A stretch of 64,000 nucleotides of DNA from assembly GCF_006345805.1 (NCBI RefSeq), contig NC_042997.1, positions 132,060,001 to 132,124,000 of the forward strand, in the 5' to 3' direction. The notes under the pieces are model-generated. The model saw only the letters and a program-made list of their open reading frames with translations, did no database searches and was not told where the DNA came from. Each line of letters opens with the position of its first letter. Position 1 is the stretch's first letter. The position numbers and the translations under genes were made by a program. Origin of the DNA: Octopus sinensis (lineage: Eukaryota). Shown here piece by piece: positions 25,163-39,114 of the stretch.

Positions 25163-25968
25163 TATTGGGTTGTCCAGAAAGTTTGTGCCGATTTATAGTA
25201 GCTTACCTTTCAACTTATTTTAGAACATGGTTGAGTTCATAAAATAGGATTTGACTACACTTTCAATTAGAGCAAAGTTTAAGCTATCTTTTCGGGGAAG
25301 AAGGTTTATGTTCTTATAACTTGTGTTAATTCTGTAACCCTTTAAAATGCCAGATAAGAAAGTTCATTTTTGGCACTTGATGCTTTGGGAACCAGACAAA
25401 AATTGCTGCAGCTTGGCTGGGATGTATTATCCCATCCTCCATATTCACCAGATATTGCTCCTTCAGATTTCCACTTATTCAGATCTCTGCAGAATAGTCT
25501 TAATGGTAAAAATTTCAATTCCTTGGATGACATAAAAAGATAACTTGATGAATTCTTTGCCATGAAACCACCACAGTTCTGAGAAGAGGGTATTTTCAAG
25601 TTAAAGGAAAGATGGAAACGTATTGCGCAACCAAATGGTTCACATTTCATCATCATCATCATCATCATTTAGCGTCCGTTCTCCATGCTAGCATGGGTTG
25701 GACGGTTCAACTGGGGTCTGTGAAGCTGGAAGGCTTCATCAGGCCCAGTCAGATCTGGCAGTGTTTCTACGGCTGGATGCCCTTCCTAACGCCAACCACT
25801 CCGTGAGTGTAGTGGGTGCTTTTTACGTGCCACCTGCACAGGTGCCAGACAGAGCTGGCAAACGGCCACGAACGGATGGTGCTTTTACGTGTCAAATGTA
25901 ATGGCAAGTATTTATTGACCTTTTTCTTTCCTTTAAAAATCGGCACGAACTTTCCGGACAACCTAATA
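25163..25968 (+). mobile_element. Internally deleted mariner with an RTE-tail insertion (25648-25895)
   Basis: TIRs ttgggttgtccagaaagtttgtgccgattt / aaatcggcacgaactttccggacaacctaa; HPPYSPDIAPSDFHLF motif. Confidence 0.88.
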
Positions 25969-26489
25969 TTAGTATGTTCTTTTTGCAGAACTACTAAGTT
26001 ATGGAGATGTAATGAATCCAGCACCAGTTTACAAGTCATATGAAACAAATAATTACATATACACAAATATGAGAATTTTTCTCTCTTGGTAAATAACACA
26101 TTATTTGTGTGTTCTGATGCAACATTTGCTTTTAAGAGGTGAATATATTTTAGGTCTTGGGATTAATATTGCTTCTGCTGTTCTATTTATTTTTTTATTA
26201 AGTCCACTATCTTCTGGCAACATCAGTGCCTGATTTGGCTCTGTATTTCTATGTATGTTGCTAGTGCAGCAGTTTCTGTTATTTCTAGCAGTGAGGTATC
26301 TATCATTGACAAGACCAAAAGAGGCTTAAATCAAGTAATCTAGTAGTCCTGGCAGCAGAATTAGTGGTGATTGCCTGCCACTGGCAATAGCTATGATGTG
26401 CTTTTATGCACCAGAAACCACAAGGGACTTTATCTCCCTTGGTAAATATTGCAGTATTTATGTGTTCTTAATGCAACATCTACTTTTAA

Positions 26490-26527
<38 letters not shown>

Positions 26528-27817
26528 GACATGTTTTGCCACAGCTTCCATTGACCAAATTTACTCACAAGGCATTAGTTGACTTGGAGTTCTAGAAAGA
26601 GACACTTGTTTAAATTGCTGTGCAGTGAGACTGAACTTGAAACCATATGGTTTTCAAATGAAAATCACACAGCCATTCCTGATGATTCCAGAAATAATCA
26701 TTGTTGTCACATGTCTTCATAGTTTAGAAACAGATTAGCTTTATGTGATATATGATTTCATTCAGAGACATTAAGCTTCAGATTTATGCTAGATCTAACA
26801 TTCCTCCTATACAAGTAGGGACAAACAGGCCACACTTTAAGGAAACAAACACCCTGTATTACACATCAGACTCTGATTTGGAACACACGAGGAAAGCAAA
26901 AGACAGGGCACCATAAAAATAGCTGGAGGCAGGATAGTAAGGCAGGTTAACCTTGCTTTTTATCTTGAAGCATTTTAAAGTTTAGTTCCTCTTGCATTGC
27001 TCAGTGCATTGGTCAACAAGCTTCCTCGACTGGATTCAACTGGCTGCTATTCTTGCACATCTATTCCACATAATATTTACTATCTTCATGCAATTTTGAA
27101 ATGTCTATTACCAAATGATCTTCAGCTTACCCATTCTATGCCTATCATTAAGTAGCACCCAAGCCATGGCTGGTTACGAGTGCCATTGATTGGCTAGATG
27201 GAGAATATGGTTAGCCAGGCGGAATTGGTACTCTGCTACAATCTTTTGCAGTGACAATCTTAAAGTTGATAAATAAATTAACCAGTCCAGAAAGGTAGGT
27301 TAGCAGAATTATTAGCAGAGTGTTTCAGACAAGATCCCTTGCATCATATGCTCTAGTTCTTTGCATTTTGAGTTCAAACTGAACCTGGGTACCAATGGCC
27401 AGAATTAATCACACAAACATGGGAGCACTCAGTCTGATCTATAAATGGCTAATATGAGAAAACCAGCAATGAAATGCAGAAGCTTTCATTCAACAATGGT
27501 CCAACAAGTGCCAAATGGTAGATGATGTATAAATGTAATAAACTGTAACAGTCATGTAGAAGACAAATAGTCTCAAGCTCTTCTCTTGTGAAAACTTTGG
27601 GATTAGAAATAAGGAAAGGGTCACAGACTAGATGCAGTTTGCAGTGAACTTACTGCAATACCACAACTTCTATTATACATGTATGCATTCACTCAAACAT
27701 ACATGTATGAATGTACGCATGATCATGAGTGTGCACACACAGGCGTGCGTGCACACACACACACACATTTAGCAGTGAAAGTAGTGTTTATATATTGGTA
27801 TAGAAAGTTTGATTTAC

Positions 27818-27882
27818 CTGTCCTGATGCAATTTCATAGATCTTCACAGTGTGATCATCACAGGCTATAGCAACTACAGAAC
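27818..27882 (-). CDS. SPAG16: SPAG16 exon, WD40 repeat
   Basis: tttttcag acceptor, CAG|gtaaat donor; 65 nt. (S)SVVAIACDDHTVKIYEIASGQ. Confidence 0.93.
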
Positions 27883-28272
27883 CTGAAAAACAGTAAGAAA
27901 ATATTTGGAGAAAAGAATGTAATAGCTGATATATGTGATACCATAGCTGTAAAAAGTAAATACTGAGTCTGAGACATTGCTTTCTGAGGTCACTAAAATA
28001 AGGACTAGTAATTTTGGGGATTGATTTTATTTATTATTCACCTCATTAAATTTATGACCAATTATCAATGTGAAAAAAATCAAAATGTACAATAAACAAC
28101 TGTGATTTAATTATGAGGTAGCTTTTGAGCTCTATCCTTCAAGGGGCTGTTAAATATTGATCACCCAACCAAGCAACCTACAAATGGTCATTATGGACTG
28201 GTAGGCCTACAACCAGCCTATAAAAGCCAGCAATGACTTGCTGAGGCTTTCAGTTAGCAATGGTCTAACAAG

Positions 28273-28563
28273 GTGGAGGTGCAATGTCCCAGTGGTTAGG
28301 GCAGCGGACTCGCGGTCAGAGGATCACAGTTTCGATTCCCAGACCAGGCGTTGTATGTGTTTATTGAGCAAAAACACCTAAAAGCTCTATGAGGCTCCGG
28401 CAGGGGGTGGTGGTGACCCCTGTTGTACTCTTTCTTCCTGTTTCTTGAGTAATGCTGTGATGGACTGGTGTCCCGTCCAACTGGTGGGGAACACATACGC
28501 TAGAGAAACCAGGAAACTGGGCCCATGAGCCTGGCTAGGCTTGAAAAGGGCACATAAATAAAA
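28273..28563 (+). mobile_element. SINE family C, tail type 2
   Basis: TSD aatggtc.aacaag on both sides. Confidence 0.85.
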
Positions 28564-29001
28564 AATGGTCGAACAAGAGTCAAATGGGAATGGAAATATA
28601 GATATTTGTGCTGTAAAATTTAGAGAGAAGTTGCAAAATATAAGTCATCTAAGCAGGTTTTGAAAAAATGAGGAAAAAATTCACTAAAAAGGGAAAAATG
28701 CTGAATTACAACTAAAAGATATTTCTGAACATACAGAAATAGTACACTTGAAGACAATTGCTGATTGCATAAGCAAGAATAGAGAATTAATATAAGAATG
28801 CAAGAGTTGGTTCTATTCATCTAGCTGGATATTTTTTAAAGATAGCTTTGCTGGATATCTGAACTATTTTAAGATAGTTTTCACATATTATTTGTATTAA
28901 TTGTATTTCTGATCAGCTGAGGATTATCCCAAAATATATGCTTACTTTTAAATGAAGCACTACCAAGAATGAATAGATAAATAAATACTAACCTGTGTAT
29001 A

Positions 29002-29040
<39 letters not shown>

Positions 29041-30182
29041 ACATGCATGTATGTGTGTGTGAATGCAAACTGTTGAACTTGAAAGGCAGTAGCTATTGTG
29101 CCTATTTCTGAATAGTAATTTATTTACAATTATACAACACAGACAAGGCACTGAATTAGCATTTTTGTAATGAATTAGTAATATTTTTACAAATTCCTAT
29201 CCAGACAGCATGTCCTTGATTACATGTGAACACATGCACACATGCACACACACACATACACACACACACACACGTGCATCATCATCATCATCATCATCAT
29301 TATCATCATTTAATGTCTCTCTTCCATGATAGCATGGATCATTCAACAGGATCTAATGAATTAGAGAACTGCACTGTGCTCCAGTGTTTGCTTTGCCATG
29401 CTTTTCCATGGTTGGATACATGCTTGAATTCCCCAAAACAGAAAAAAAAATCAGGAATGCAAGTGACAACCTTTGGAGCAATCAGTATCTGGAATTCCAT
29501 AAGAATCCCAATCCTCTTGAGTTGGAGGTGGATTTCCTCCCCTCCACAATCCCCTCATGTTTCTCCAGCATGGCTAAAATTCTTGCTGGATCTCAATGTG
29601 CTAGCACATTCTTGACTTGAATTTGAGTCAACCTCCTGCTCATATAAAAGGGTATCATCATAAAAGTTTGAGAGGTGCATTGCATTGTCATTCTTCAAGC
29701 TTCTTGTTTACGGATGCATATGGCAATTACAGTCCCATACTGTTTGCCTTTGTAGATATGTAAACCTGAGGGCTCACGCCTTTGGGGTATTTTTTAGTTA
29801 CTGCAGACAAATGAAATTTAAGTCTCTTGTTGCTGATATTATGAAGAAAAGGGCCCAGTACACTCTGTAAAGTGGCTGATATTAGGAAGGGCATGCAGTT
29901 TTAAAAATCATGCCAAAGTAGACATCGAAGTGCAATCCTCTGACTTGTCAAACCATTTAACTTAAGCATGGAATATGGATATTAAATAATGATAGAGATA
30001 ATGACAATGATAATTATGATGATGATGATGATGAAGTGAGTGTCCAGCACAAATTTTCTTTTTGTTGTTTATATAATCCAAATGTTCCATGTAATTTTAA
30101 GCATGTTTGTCTCTGAACATGTGACTCGAAAAAATATCAACCAGCATTGACCATTATGATCATTATTAAGGTCGCAACTTAC

Positions 30183-30309
30183 TTGTGTAGTCAAAAGCAA
30201 GTTTATTCGCTGAAAAGCTTCCGGCTTCAAATGTGATCATTGGTGCCACAGTTCTTGTGTCCCAGAGTTTAACAATTCCTTGTGTATCACAAGAGGCAAC
30301 AGTATCACC
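30183..30309 (-). CDS. SPAG16: SPAG16 exon, WD40 repeat
   Basis: attctag acceptor, A|gtaagt donor; 127 nt. GDTVASCDTQGIVKLWDTRTVAPMITFEAGSFSANKLAFDYT. Confidence 0.95.
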
Positions 30310-30769
30310 CTAGAATTTAATGATAAAGCAAAAAGGGAAATAAAAATGTCATAGCATTTCACTTGGACCAACTAATAATAATAATAATAATAATAATTTC
30401 TTAATTAACCATAAAGGGTTTACATTAAAAAACGTTATGGACAAATTCGATGTGGAATTACAAGGAAGTCATGTAAGCAAAGGAAAAAAAAAAACCAATG
30501 AAATATAACAACAAAATTCTCCAAAAGAGGGACACCTCCTAGGGCTGCTTGTGGAAACCCCAGAAGCCCACAACAGTCCTGACCACCAGGGTAAGTGCCC
30601 TCTACACATTGTCTACAGGCACATGCTTAGAGTAGGCCCATTCACTCAAACCATTCTTGCGACATTCATCCACCTTTTGACAAAATTGCAGGAGAGTGGG
30701 GAGGCAGAACTTCCCTCTCCACCCTCACTTGCCTTTTCAAGTGGATCAGGGCAGCCCACTCCACCTTCG

Positions 30770-31460
30770 GTAGACTCAGCCAACGTGTATTCTTCATTCA
30801 CATGCTGACCATCCAGGCAAAGCTCATGGTCTTAAGTTCTATTGTCCTGTCAACTCTTCTCTACACTTGTGAGACTTGGATGCTGTACTGCCATGACTTC
30901 AAATGTCTTGAATGCTTCCAGCAATCCAAGCTACGACAGATCCTCAATATTTGATGGGAAGATCACATTACCAACAATGAGGTTCTTCACTGCACCTCAC
31001 TACCAAATCGCAAAGCCACCATTCTTCATCACTGTCTCTGATGGACAGGTCATGTCTAGCATATGAAGCCCTCTTATCTTCCAAGGATCATGATCTATGG
31101 AGAACTTGCAATCGGAAGAAGACCCAGAGGAGGCCCGAAATTCTGTTTTAAAGACCAGTTCAAATGGACCCTGGCTCAAACTAACATCTAGTCAACCTCA
31201 TGGTAACAGATTGCCATGGATAGGACAGCCTGGAGGATGGCTATCCACAATGGAGCCTGCTCCTTCAAGCAGAATAGGCAACAGAATGAGGAGTTAAAAC
31301 ACAGGAGAAGAAAGGAGCATCTTCAACATTCTCGACCCACACTTACCATTCTCAGTGAATTCTACCCACGACTCTTTCACCACCAACGTGGACTCCAAAG
31401 TCACATTCGGCACAAACATCTGCTAAGGAGACTGGATGGAGACTGACAAACCCAAAGCTC
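30770..31460 (+). mobile_element. Second RTE-like LINE 3' fragment
   Basis: Broken frames read LPRIMIYGELAIGRRPRGGPK..FKD and AMDRTAWR...GLQSHIRHKH, typical of an RTE C-terminus. Confidence 0.75.
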
Positions 31461-31491
31461 GGATACAAGCTAGAGCTGACGATACATATAT

Positions 31492-31547
<56 letters not shown>

Positions 31548-31617
31548 ACACACATACATACATACATACATACATACATACATACATAAGGTTCAGGTGT
31601 GGCTGTAGAGCTGCAGA

Positions 31618-31981
31618 TGTGGGAATGTGGTAAGAAGCTTGCTTCCCAACCACATGGTTCCTGGTTCAGTCCCACTGCGTGGCACCTTGGGCAAGTGTCT
31701 TCTACTATATTCTTGGGCTGACCAACACCTTGTGAGTAGATTTGGTAGTCAGAAACTGAAAGAATCCTATTGTATAGGTGTGTGTGTGTGTGTGTGCTCG
31801 CATGTGTTTGTTTATTTCCCACTACCACTTGAGAACTGGTGTTGGTGTGTTTATGTCCATGTAACTTAGTGGTTTGGCAAAAGAAAATGATAGAATAAGT
31901 ACCAGACTTTAAAAAAATAACAGAAGAAAAGTACTGTGCCCCAGCATGGCCACAGTCTAATGATTGAAACAAATAAAAGAA
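31618..31981 (+). mobile_element. SINE family A (diverged)
   Basis: Collinear with the family consensus. Confidence 0.75.
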
Positions 31982-31987
31982 TAATAT

Positions 31988-32520
31988 ATACAGGGATTGG
32001 ACAAAATAATGGAAACACCTAGCATCATAGCACCATAATTTTGAAATACCTATAAAACTGTCAAAAGTTTGTTTATTTTTATGTTTTTTGATTTATTATT
32101 AGTGTTGCTTAATATGTTTTGCTAATTATCAGAAAAAGATAATTAAAATTCATTAAAATGACAGATCTATCGGACTTTCAAAGAGGTCAAATTGTTGGTG
32201 CTCATATGGCAGGCACTAGCATAATGAAAACAGCTAAAGTGTTTGCTGTTTCAAGAAGTACTGTCTTGAAAGTAATGACAACCTTTGAGAAAGAGGGAAA
32301 AACCTCCTTGTCGAAACAAAACCCTGGAAGAAAACCAAAACTTTAAGAGACTGTCGGACTCTTATGTGCATTGTTAGAAAGGATCACAAAAGTACAGCTC
32401 CCAAAATTACTGCAGAGCTTAATGACCACTTCGAGAACCCAGTTTTCACAAAAACTGTTTGTCGGAAGCTGCACAAAGCCGGATTTCACAGGAGAGCTGC
32501 AATCATAAAACCACTACTAT
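31988..32520 (+). mobile_element. Tc1-like transposon 5' half
   Basis: TA-cagggattggacaaaataatggaaacac TIR; paired-like HTH MTDLSDFQRGQIVG...VSRSTV...GRKPKL. Confidence 0.85.
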
Positions 32521-32801
32521 CAGTATCTTTTGCTGAACCACTAAGTTACGGGGATGTAAACACACCAGCATCGATTGTCAAGAGATGTTGGGTGGGGGGA
32601 CAAAGACAGACACACAAACATATACACACACATATACATATATACGACGGGCTTCTTTCAGTTTCCATCTACCAAATCCACTCACAAGGCTTTGGTCGGC
32701 CTAAGGCTATAGTAGAAGACACTTGCCCAAGGTGCTATGCAGTGGGACTGAACCAGGAACAATGTGGTTGGTAAGAAAGCTACTTACCACACAGCCACTC
32801 C
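32520..32801 (-). mobile_element. SINE family A (partial)
   Basis: Abuts the Tc1 fragment. Confidence 0.8.
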
Positions 32802-32951
32802 GTGATTTGTTACCATTTGGTTTACGTTCCAATGGCTTAGCTCTCAGGGTCACAAGCCACTGCATCATAACAAAGATTAGATTGCGATTGCAATCACACT
32901 TGAGCTGGACCTAAAACAAAAACATTGTGGTTGTTTGAGTATATTTCTCAC

Positions 32952-33017
32952 CTTTTGATTAATCACAGCGTGGTTCACACCTGCTGTATGGCCATAGAAT
33001 GTTTGTCCACAGAGACC
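32952..33017 (-). CDS. SPAG16: SPAG16 exon, WD40 repeat
   Basis: cactgcag acceptor, AAG|gtgaga donor; 66 nt. GLCGQTFYGHTAGVNHAVINQK. Confidence 0.95.
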
Positions 33018-34106
33018 CTGCAGTGAAAGATAAAAACAACACATTGTCATATAAAAGACTTAAAATGACTGAAGAGAATTACAAAAACTTTTAATTAATC
33101 ACATTAACCCTTTGTGATAATATTTTAATGGAATCCTTTCTCATATTTCAATTAATTTTCAAAATAATTAAGAATAGGGAGGGATTTATAAAATCCTCCT
33201 CCTCCTCCTCCTCCTCCTCATCATCATCATCATCATCATCATCACCATCATCATCGTTTAATGTCTGCTTTTCATGCTAGCATGGGTTGGACGGTTTGAC
33301 TGAGGACTGGCAAGCCAGGTGGCTGCACCAGGCTCCAATCTGATCTGACAAGGTTTCTACAGCTGGATGCCCTTTCTAATGCCAACCACTCCGAGAGTGC
33401 AGTGGGTGCTTTTTACGTGCCCCAGCATGGGGACCAGTCAGGCAGTACTGGAAATGACCATGCTTGAATGGTGGTTTTTATGTGCTACTATCATGGGACC
33501 AGTCAGGTGGCATAACTTTATTAATTGATTCCTTACATAGGCGCAAACAAAGCCTCAAATGTAGTGACACTAGCAGTTATTGCAGTAGTTTATCAACTCA
33601 GAAGGTAAAGTTAACCTTGGCAGGATTCGAACTCAGAATTTGAAGTTATGCAACTGAATACTGCAAGGCATTTGTACGTCATGCTACTGATTCTACCAAC
33701 CACTATTTACTTTATTAATTAAGCTGCTGGTCTTGTATAAAATCACTGTGGAGAGAAATGGGTGAGGTATGAGCCATTGGAATATTCCATGTTAATTTGC
33801 ATAATAAATGGTGCATTAGCGAATTAAAAGTGGCTGAGTATCAAAAGACATGAAATGAAAAATGCAAGAGAAATTAAATACACTGGTATGAGCAGTTGAT
33901 GTGAATGGATACTTGGGTGTCAAAAGAAGGTGCTCCTGGTGGATGAAGGCCAAGGAGGAAAAGGAAGGCAGGAGGCAAAGTTATGAAATCTCAGGATCTC
34001 TTATTAAGGTGATGCAGGACTGAGATGACTAATGATAAATGATATGAAAAAGATTGTTGATTGTTGATGTAAGAAGAAAGGTAAGTTAGAATAAAAGTAA
34101 GCTTAC

Positions 34107-34233
34107 TGTCCTGGCATCCCAAAGTGAGACTGTTTTGTCAGTAGAGCTAGTAAGAAGGATATTTGAGTAGTACACAAATTTAATGCTGTTTACTGAATCT
34201 GTGTGGCCTCTCAGAGTGTATCTACAGCGCATA
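34107..34233 (-). CDS. SPAG16: SPAG16 exon, WD40 repeat
   Basis: ttcatcag acceptor, ACA|gtaagc donor; 127 nt. MRCRYTLRGHTDSVNSIKFVYYSNILLTSSTDKTVSLWDART. Confidence 0.95.
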
Positions 34234-34708
34234 CTGATGAAAAACAGAAAGGAAAAGTTAAAAAAGAATAGACTTAATTAATAGATTATGCATTCTTTAA
34301 TTAGCAACAAGACAAAAAAATATATAGAAAGGTAAAAAAAAAAAACAGAAAAAGAACAGATATTTCGCCAGAAAATTAAAAATTCAATTTGAATTTTAAA
34401 TGAATTGTAAAAAATAAATAATTTACAAAATCTATAATAAACCCTTTTGACTTAATTAATTTTTGAAAATAATGACAAATTTAGTGAAATAACTTTGTTA
34501 TTATTAAAGTAGTATTAGGAACATAAATTAACCTAAAATTTTGGGGAAAGGTTCAAATTTAGATCATTTTAAAGAGGAAGCTTATATCATAAAACCAGGG
34601 GCAGTCTGAAGCAGGTTTGTATCAAAAGGGTTCAAGTAAATCTTCAAACGTGAAATAATTCTGAATTCTTTGAATATTCTTTGAAACTCTGGGGTTTTTT
34701 TTGTATAT

Positions 34709-34965
34709 ATTGGGTCATCCCATAAATAATGTATTTTTTTTCAATTATATGAACTAAAAGTCGGAGGGGACGGGATAAACTACCTCCAACAACTTGCTAT
34801 AAAAACAGGTTGTAATTTTACTTTGTACTTATTCTTAGTGCAAGTTCTGAAGAGTGCAGTTCAATTTTAACAGTTATTTTTTTAAAGTTATAAAGGAAGT
34901 GACAAAGGAGCATATTCAGCATATTTTGCTTTATGAGTTCAATAAAGGCAACAATACAATAGAAT
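34709..34965 (+). mobile_element. Mariner 5' fragment (same family as 42228-43497)
   Basis: TA-ttgggtcatcccataaataatg TIR and start of the transposase (HILLYEFNKG). Confidence 0.8.
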
Positions 34966-35136
34966 ATTTGTAGAATTTGACAAAACATCAATCACTTTAC
35001 AGAGTGTACTGGCTACTTTTCATGTGGCACCAGAACCAGTGCTTTTTACATGGAACCAGTGCTTTTTATGTGGTACAAACACCAGCATAGTCACTAAGTA
35101 GTATGTTAACATTGGCTTAGCTTTGTTACAGCTTAC

Positions 35137-35221
35137 CTGTTCAAATCCCATACTTTCCCAGTATTGTCTCTGGAAGATGAAGCTACAAAATCTCCAGTCC
35201 AGTGCCAAGAACAACTCCAAA
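35137..35221 (-). CDS. SPAG16: SPAG16 exon, WD40 repeat
   Basis: tgtttcag acceptor, AG|gtaagc donor; 85 nt. (V)WSCSWHWTGDFVASSSRDNTGKVWDLN. Confidence 0.95.
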
Positions 35222-35354
35222 CTGAAACATAAAAGATGTAGAAAGGATGAAAGATGAAATGAATCTGGTAGGGATTTACAATTGAAGGGGTGCTACAAAA
35301 TATCAAAAGGTATCTTTGACCTACGCTCTGTCAGCTCTACATTCTAATGTGCTA

Positions 35355-35685
35355 TGATGACGGTAGGGATAATGATGATGATGGTGGTGGTGGTGGTGGT
35401 GGTTGTGGTGGCAGTGGTGGTGGTGGTGATGATGATGTAATGATGATGTTGGTGATGATAACAAAGAGGAGGAGGATGATAGTAATAATGATGATGACAA
35501 CAATGATGATGATGACAAAGACAACGATAATGATGATAAAGATGGTGATGGTAATGGTGACCATAGTGGTGGTGGTGGTGGTGGTGGTGGTGGTGGTGGT
35601 GGTGGTGACAGTGATGATGATAGTGATAATAATGATCGCAGTAATGATAATGACGGTGATGATGAAGATGATGGCTATGATGGTC
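35355..35685. repeat. Compound (GAT/GGT)n low-complexity tract
   Basis: Direct reading. Confidence 0.95.
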
Positions 35686-36000
35686 ACAACAGCAACATTT
35701 TTCTAATGGACACCTAACTTCATACAAAAATGGGAAGTTGTAATGCTCATTCTTAAACAAATGCATTTTATCAGTCGTTCATAAGAAACAGTCGTACTAA
35801 AATGGAACTGGGACAGAGGTAATGGACACCAGCCAGCAGGGACATTTTAAATGCCTTTATAGACCCATGGGCAAAGTAATACACGAGGGACCCTACATAC
35901 AAAATCACAGTATTCATAGATGAGTGCTGTACTTCCTAGATTTGTGGTGCACCCCAGGACAACTGCTGAAGGTGTCCACACCTTAAGATGGTACAGTCTG

Positions 36001-36524
36001 GTGGCGAGTTGGCAGAAACGTTAGCACATTAGCAGTATTTTGTTTGCTGTTACATTCTGAGTTCAAATTCCGCCAAGGTTGACTTTGCCTTTCATCCTTT
36101 CAGGGTCGATAAATTAAGTACCAGTTACGCATTGGGGTCGATATAATCGACTTAATCCCTTTGTCTGTCCTTGTTTGTCCTCTCTGTGTTTAGCCCCTTG
36201 TGGGCAATAAAGAAATAAAAAATGTTAGCAGGCTGGTCGAAATGCTTCGTGGTATTTCGTCTATCTTTATGCTTCTATTTCTTTATTTTTAAGGCGGCGA
36301 GCTGGCAAAAACATTAGCATGCCAGGTGAAATGCTTAGCGGTATTTCGCTTGCCATTACGTTCCGAGTTCAAATTCCACCGAGGTCAACTTTGCCTTTCA
36401 TCCTTTCAGGGTCGATAAATTAAGTACCAGTTATGCACTGGGCTCGATGTAATCGACTTAATCCCTTTGTCTGTCCTTGTTCGTCCCCTCTATGTTTAGC
36501 CCCTTGTGGGCAATAAAGAAATAA
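36001..36524 (+). mobile_element. tRNA-headed SINE family B, tandem/nested copies
   Basis: ggcggcgagctggcagaaacgttagc head, B box gagttcaaattcc, central ctttcatcctttc.gggtcgataaattaagtaccag; two full copies and one partial. Confidence 0.85.
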
Positions 36525-37684
36525 GGCGGTACAGTCTGTCAGAATTGATCATAAAGGGAATCAGTCATAGTATTACTAAACCACCACCCACTGCCCACCC
36601 GTCACTACTTCTATAAAAAATACAGAGTTATTAAGTTAATTGCCTTTATATGGCAATAGCAGTAATAATCATAGCAAAGTAAATGAGATCTTTTACTACT
36701 GCTACCATTGCCTCCAGTATTATCAATATGACGACCCCAATTATTACAATTAACATTGCCATAATCATCTTTTTTCCCTGCCTGTATCATCATCAGTATG
36801 ACAACTGCAATCATCATCATTATCATCATCATCATTGTTTAACACCTGTTTTCCATTCTGGCATGGGCTGGAAATTGTCATTATTTTTACTACCATCAAA
36901 ATCTTCACTGGCACCCATCACCAAAACCATCACCATCTGCAGCAGCAGCACTAGCCCCAGCAGCACCAGCACTAGCACCACCACCACCACCACCACCACC
37001 AGCACCACCACAACCACCACCACCACCACCACCACTACTACAACCACCACCACCACCACTAGGGAAAAGTACTATTGTCATTCACCTAATATCTTTAACC
37101 TCATTTTCCTCACCAACCAGAAAGATAACTTGCAGACCTGATCATCAAATGTCAAATGGTCAAGCAATAAATGCCATTTAAATCCATCATAACCCTAAGG
37201 ATGATCTGTCAGCTAGTGGTCACTTAGATGATGCAGTATTCTTTAATTTGAAGCTGGTCAATAGACAACAATTAGCTATTGAAAAGTCTTGAAATGTCAG
37301 AAATCAACAAGAGAACATGGTAAATAGATCTGACAGAAGCAGCTACAAAATCATGCTAAAAAGGGAATGAACCAACAAGGGAGACGTGGACTCTGCAATC
37401 CTCAGTGCAGGCAACCTGTCTAGGAAAACAGTAACTCTGAAAAAAACCGTTGACACAGGGTTACAAAAAACTGTTAACTCCTACAGCAGGGATGCTGAAT
37501 AAGAGATGTTTTGGCACAGCTGTTTGGCACTGTTAATTTGATGCTGGCATTAGGTGTTTTAATGTTTCTCTCATTTAATGTTTTCCTTGTTCTCTTCTTC
37601 CGCTCTCTTTCTTCTTTGCTGTTTATGTGTGTGAAGATATTTCTCTTTGTGCGTCTGAGGAGGGGGAAAATGTTTATGTGGCAT

Positions 37685-37910
37685 AAGCACAGGAGTGGCT
37701 GTGTGGTAAGTAGCTTGCTTACCAACCACATGGGTCTGGGTTCAGTCTGACTGTGTGGCACCTTGGGCAAGTGTCTTCTACTATAGCCTCAGGCTGGTCA
37801 AAGCCTTTGAGTGGATTTGGTAGACAGAAACTGAAAGAAGCCCGTCATATATATGTATATATGTATATACTTACATATATATATATATTATATATATATA
37901 TAATATATAT

Positions 37911-37953
<43 letters not shown>

Positions 37954-37977
37954 TTATATATATATATATGTATGTAG

Positions 37978-38011
<34 letters not shown>

Positions 38012-38028
38012 TATATATATGTGTGTGT

Positions 38029-38067
<39 letters not shown>

Positions 38068-38195
38068 TATGTGTGTGGATATGTTTGTGTGTCTGTGTTT
38101 GACCCCCAGCATCACTTGACAACCGATGCTGGTGTGTTTACATTCCCATAACTTAGCGGTTTGGCAAAAGAGACTGATAGAATAAGTACTAGGCT
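37685..38195 (+). mobile_element. SINE family A with expanded internal microsatellite
   Basis: Head and body collinear with the family; ~230 bp of TA/TG inside. Confidence 0.8.
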
Positions 38196-38561
38196 TTTAA
38201 CATCCATTTTCCATGCTGGCATGGGTTGGATGGTTTGACAAGGTATGGCTTAACAGAAAACTGCACTACACTTCACTGTCTGTTTTGGTATGGTTTTTAC
38301 TGCTGGATGCCCTTCCTAACAGCAAGCACCTTACAGAGTGGACTGTAGGCATGGGTATGGCTGTTTGATTAAGAAACTTGCTTCTCAACTACATGGTTTT
38401 GGGTTCAGTCCCACCATGTGGCACCTTGAGCAAGTATCTTTTGCTAAAGCCCTGTGATTGAATTTGGTAGGCAGAAGTTCCTGTTGTGCCACCTAACAGA
38501 GAGGAAGAAAAGATGTGTTATGTGTTATATATATATATTATATATATATATATATATATAC

Positions 38562-38927
38562 TCTCTTACTTGTTTCAGTCATTTGACTGCCGCCATGCCT
38601 TTAGTCGAGCAAATCGACCCCAGAACTTATTCTTTGTAAGCCTAGTACTTATTCTAATGGTCTCTTTTGCTGAACTGCTAAGCTACAGGGATGTAAACAC
38701 ACCAGCATCGGTTGTCAAGCAATGTTGGAGGAGACAAACACAGACAGACAAACATATACATATATATGACTGGATTCTTTCAGTTTCCATCTACCAAATC
38801 CACTCACAAGGCTTTGGTCGGCCTGAGGCTATAGTAGAAGATACTTGCCCAAGGTGCCATGCAGTGGGACTGAACCCGAAACCATGGGGTTTGTAAGCAA
38901 GCTACTTACCACACAGCCACCCTACGC

Positions 38928-38931
<4 letters not shown>
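38562..38931 (-). mobile_element. SINE family A
   Basis: Full-length inverted copy; its 5' end feeds the fold-back at 38900-39114. Confidence 0.8.
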
Positions 38932-38990
<59 letters not shown>

Positions 38991-39033
38991 TAGGCATAGG
39001 GTGGCTACTTACCACACAGCCACCTTACGCCTA

Positions 39034-39067
<34 letters not shown>

Positions 39068-39114
39068 GAGAGAGAGAGAGAGATAGGTGTAGGGTGGCTG
39101 TGTGGTAAGTAGCT
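38900..39114. repeat. Double fold-back: SINE head-(CT)n-(TA)n-(GA)n-inverted head
   Basis: Two successive hairpins read directly from the sequence. Confidence 0.9.
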
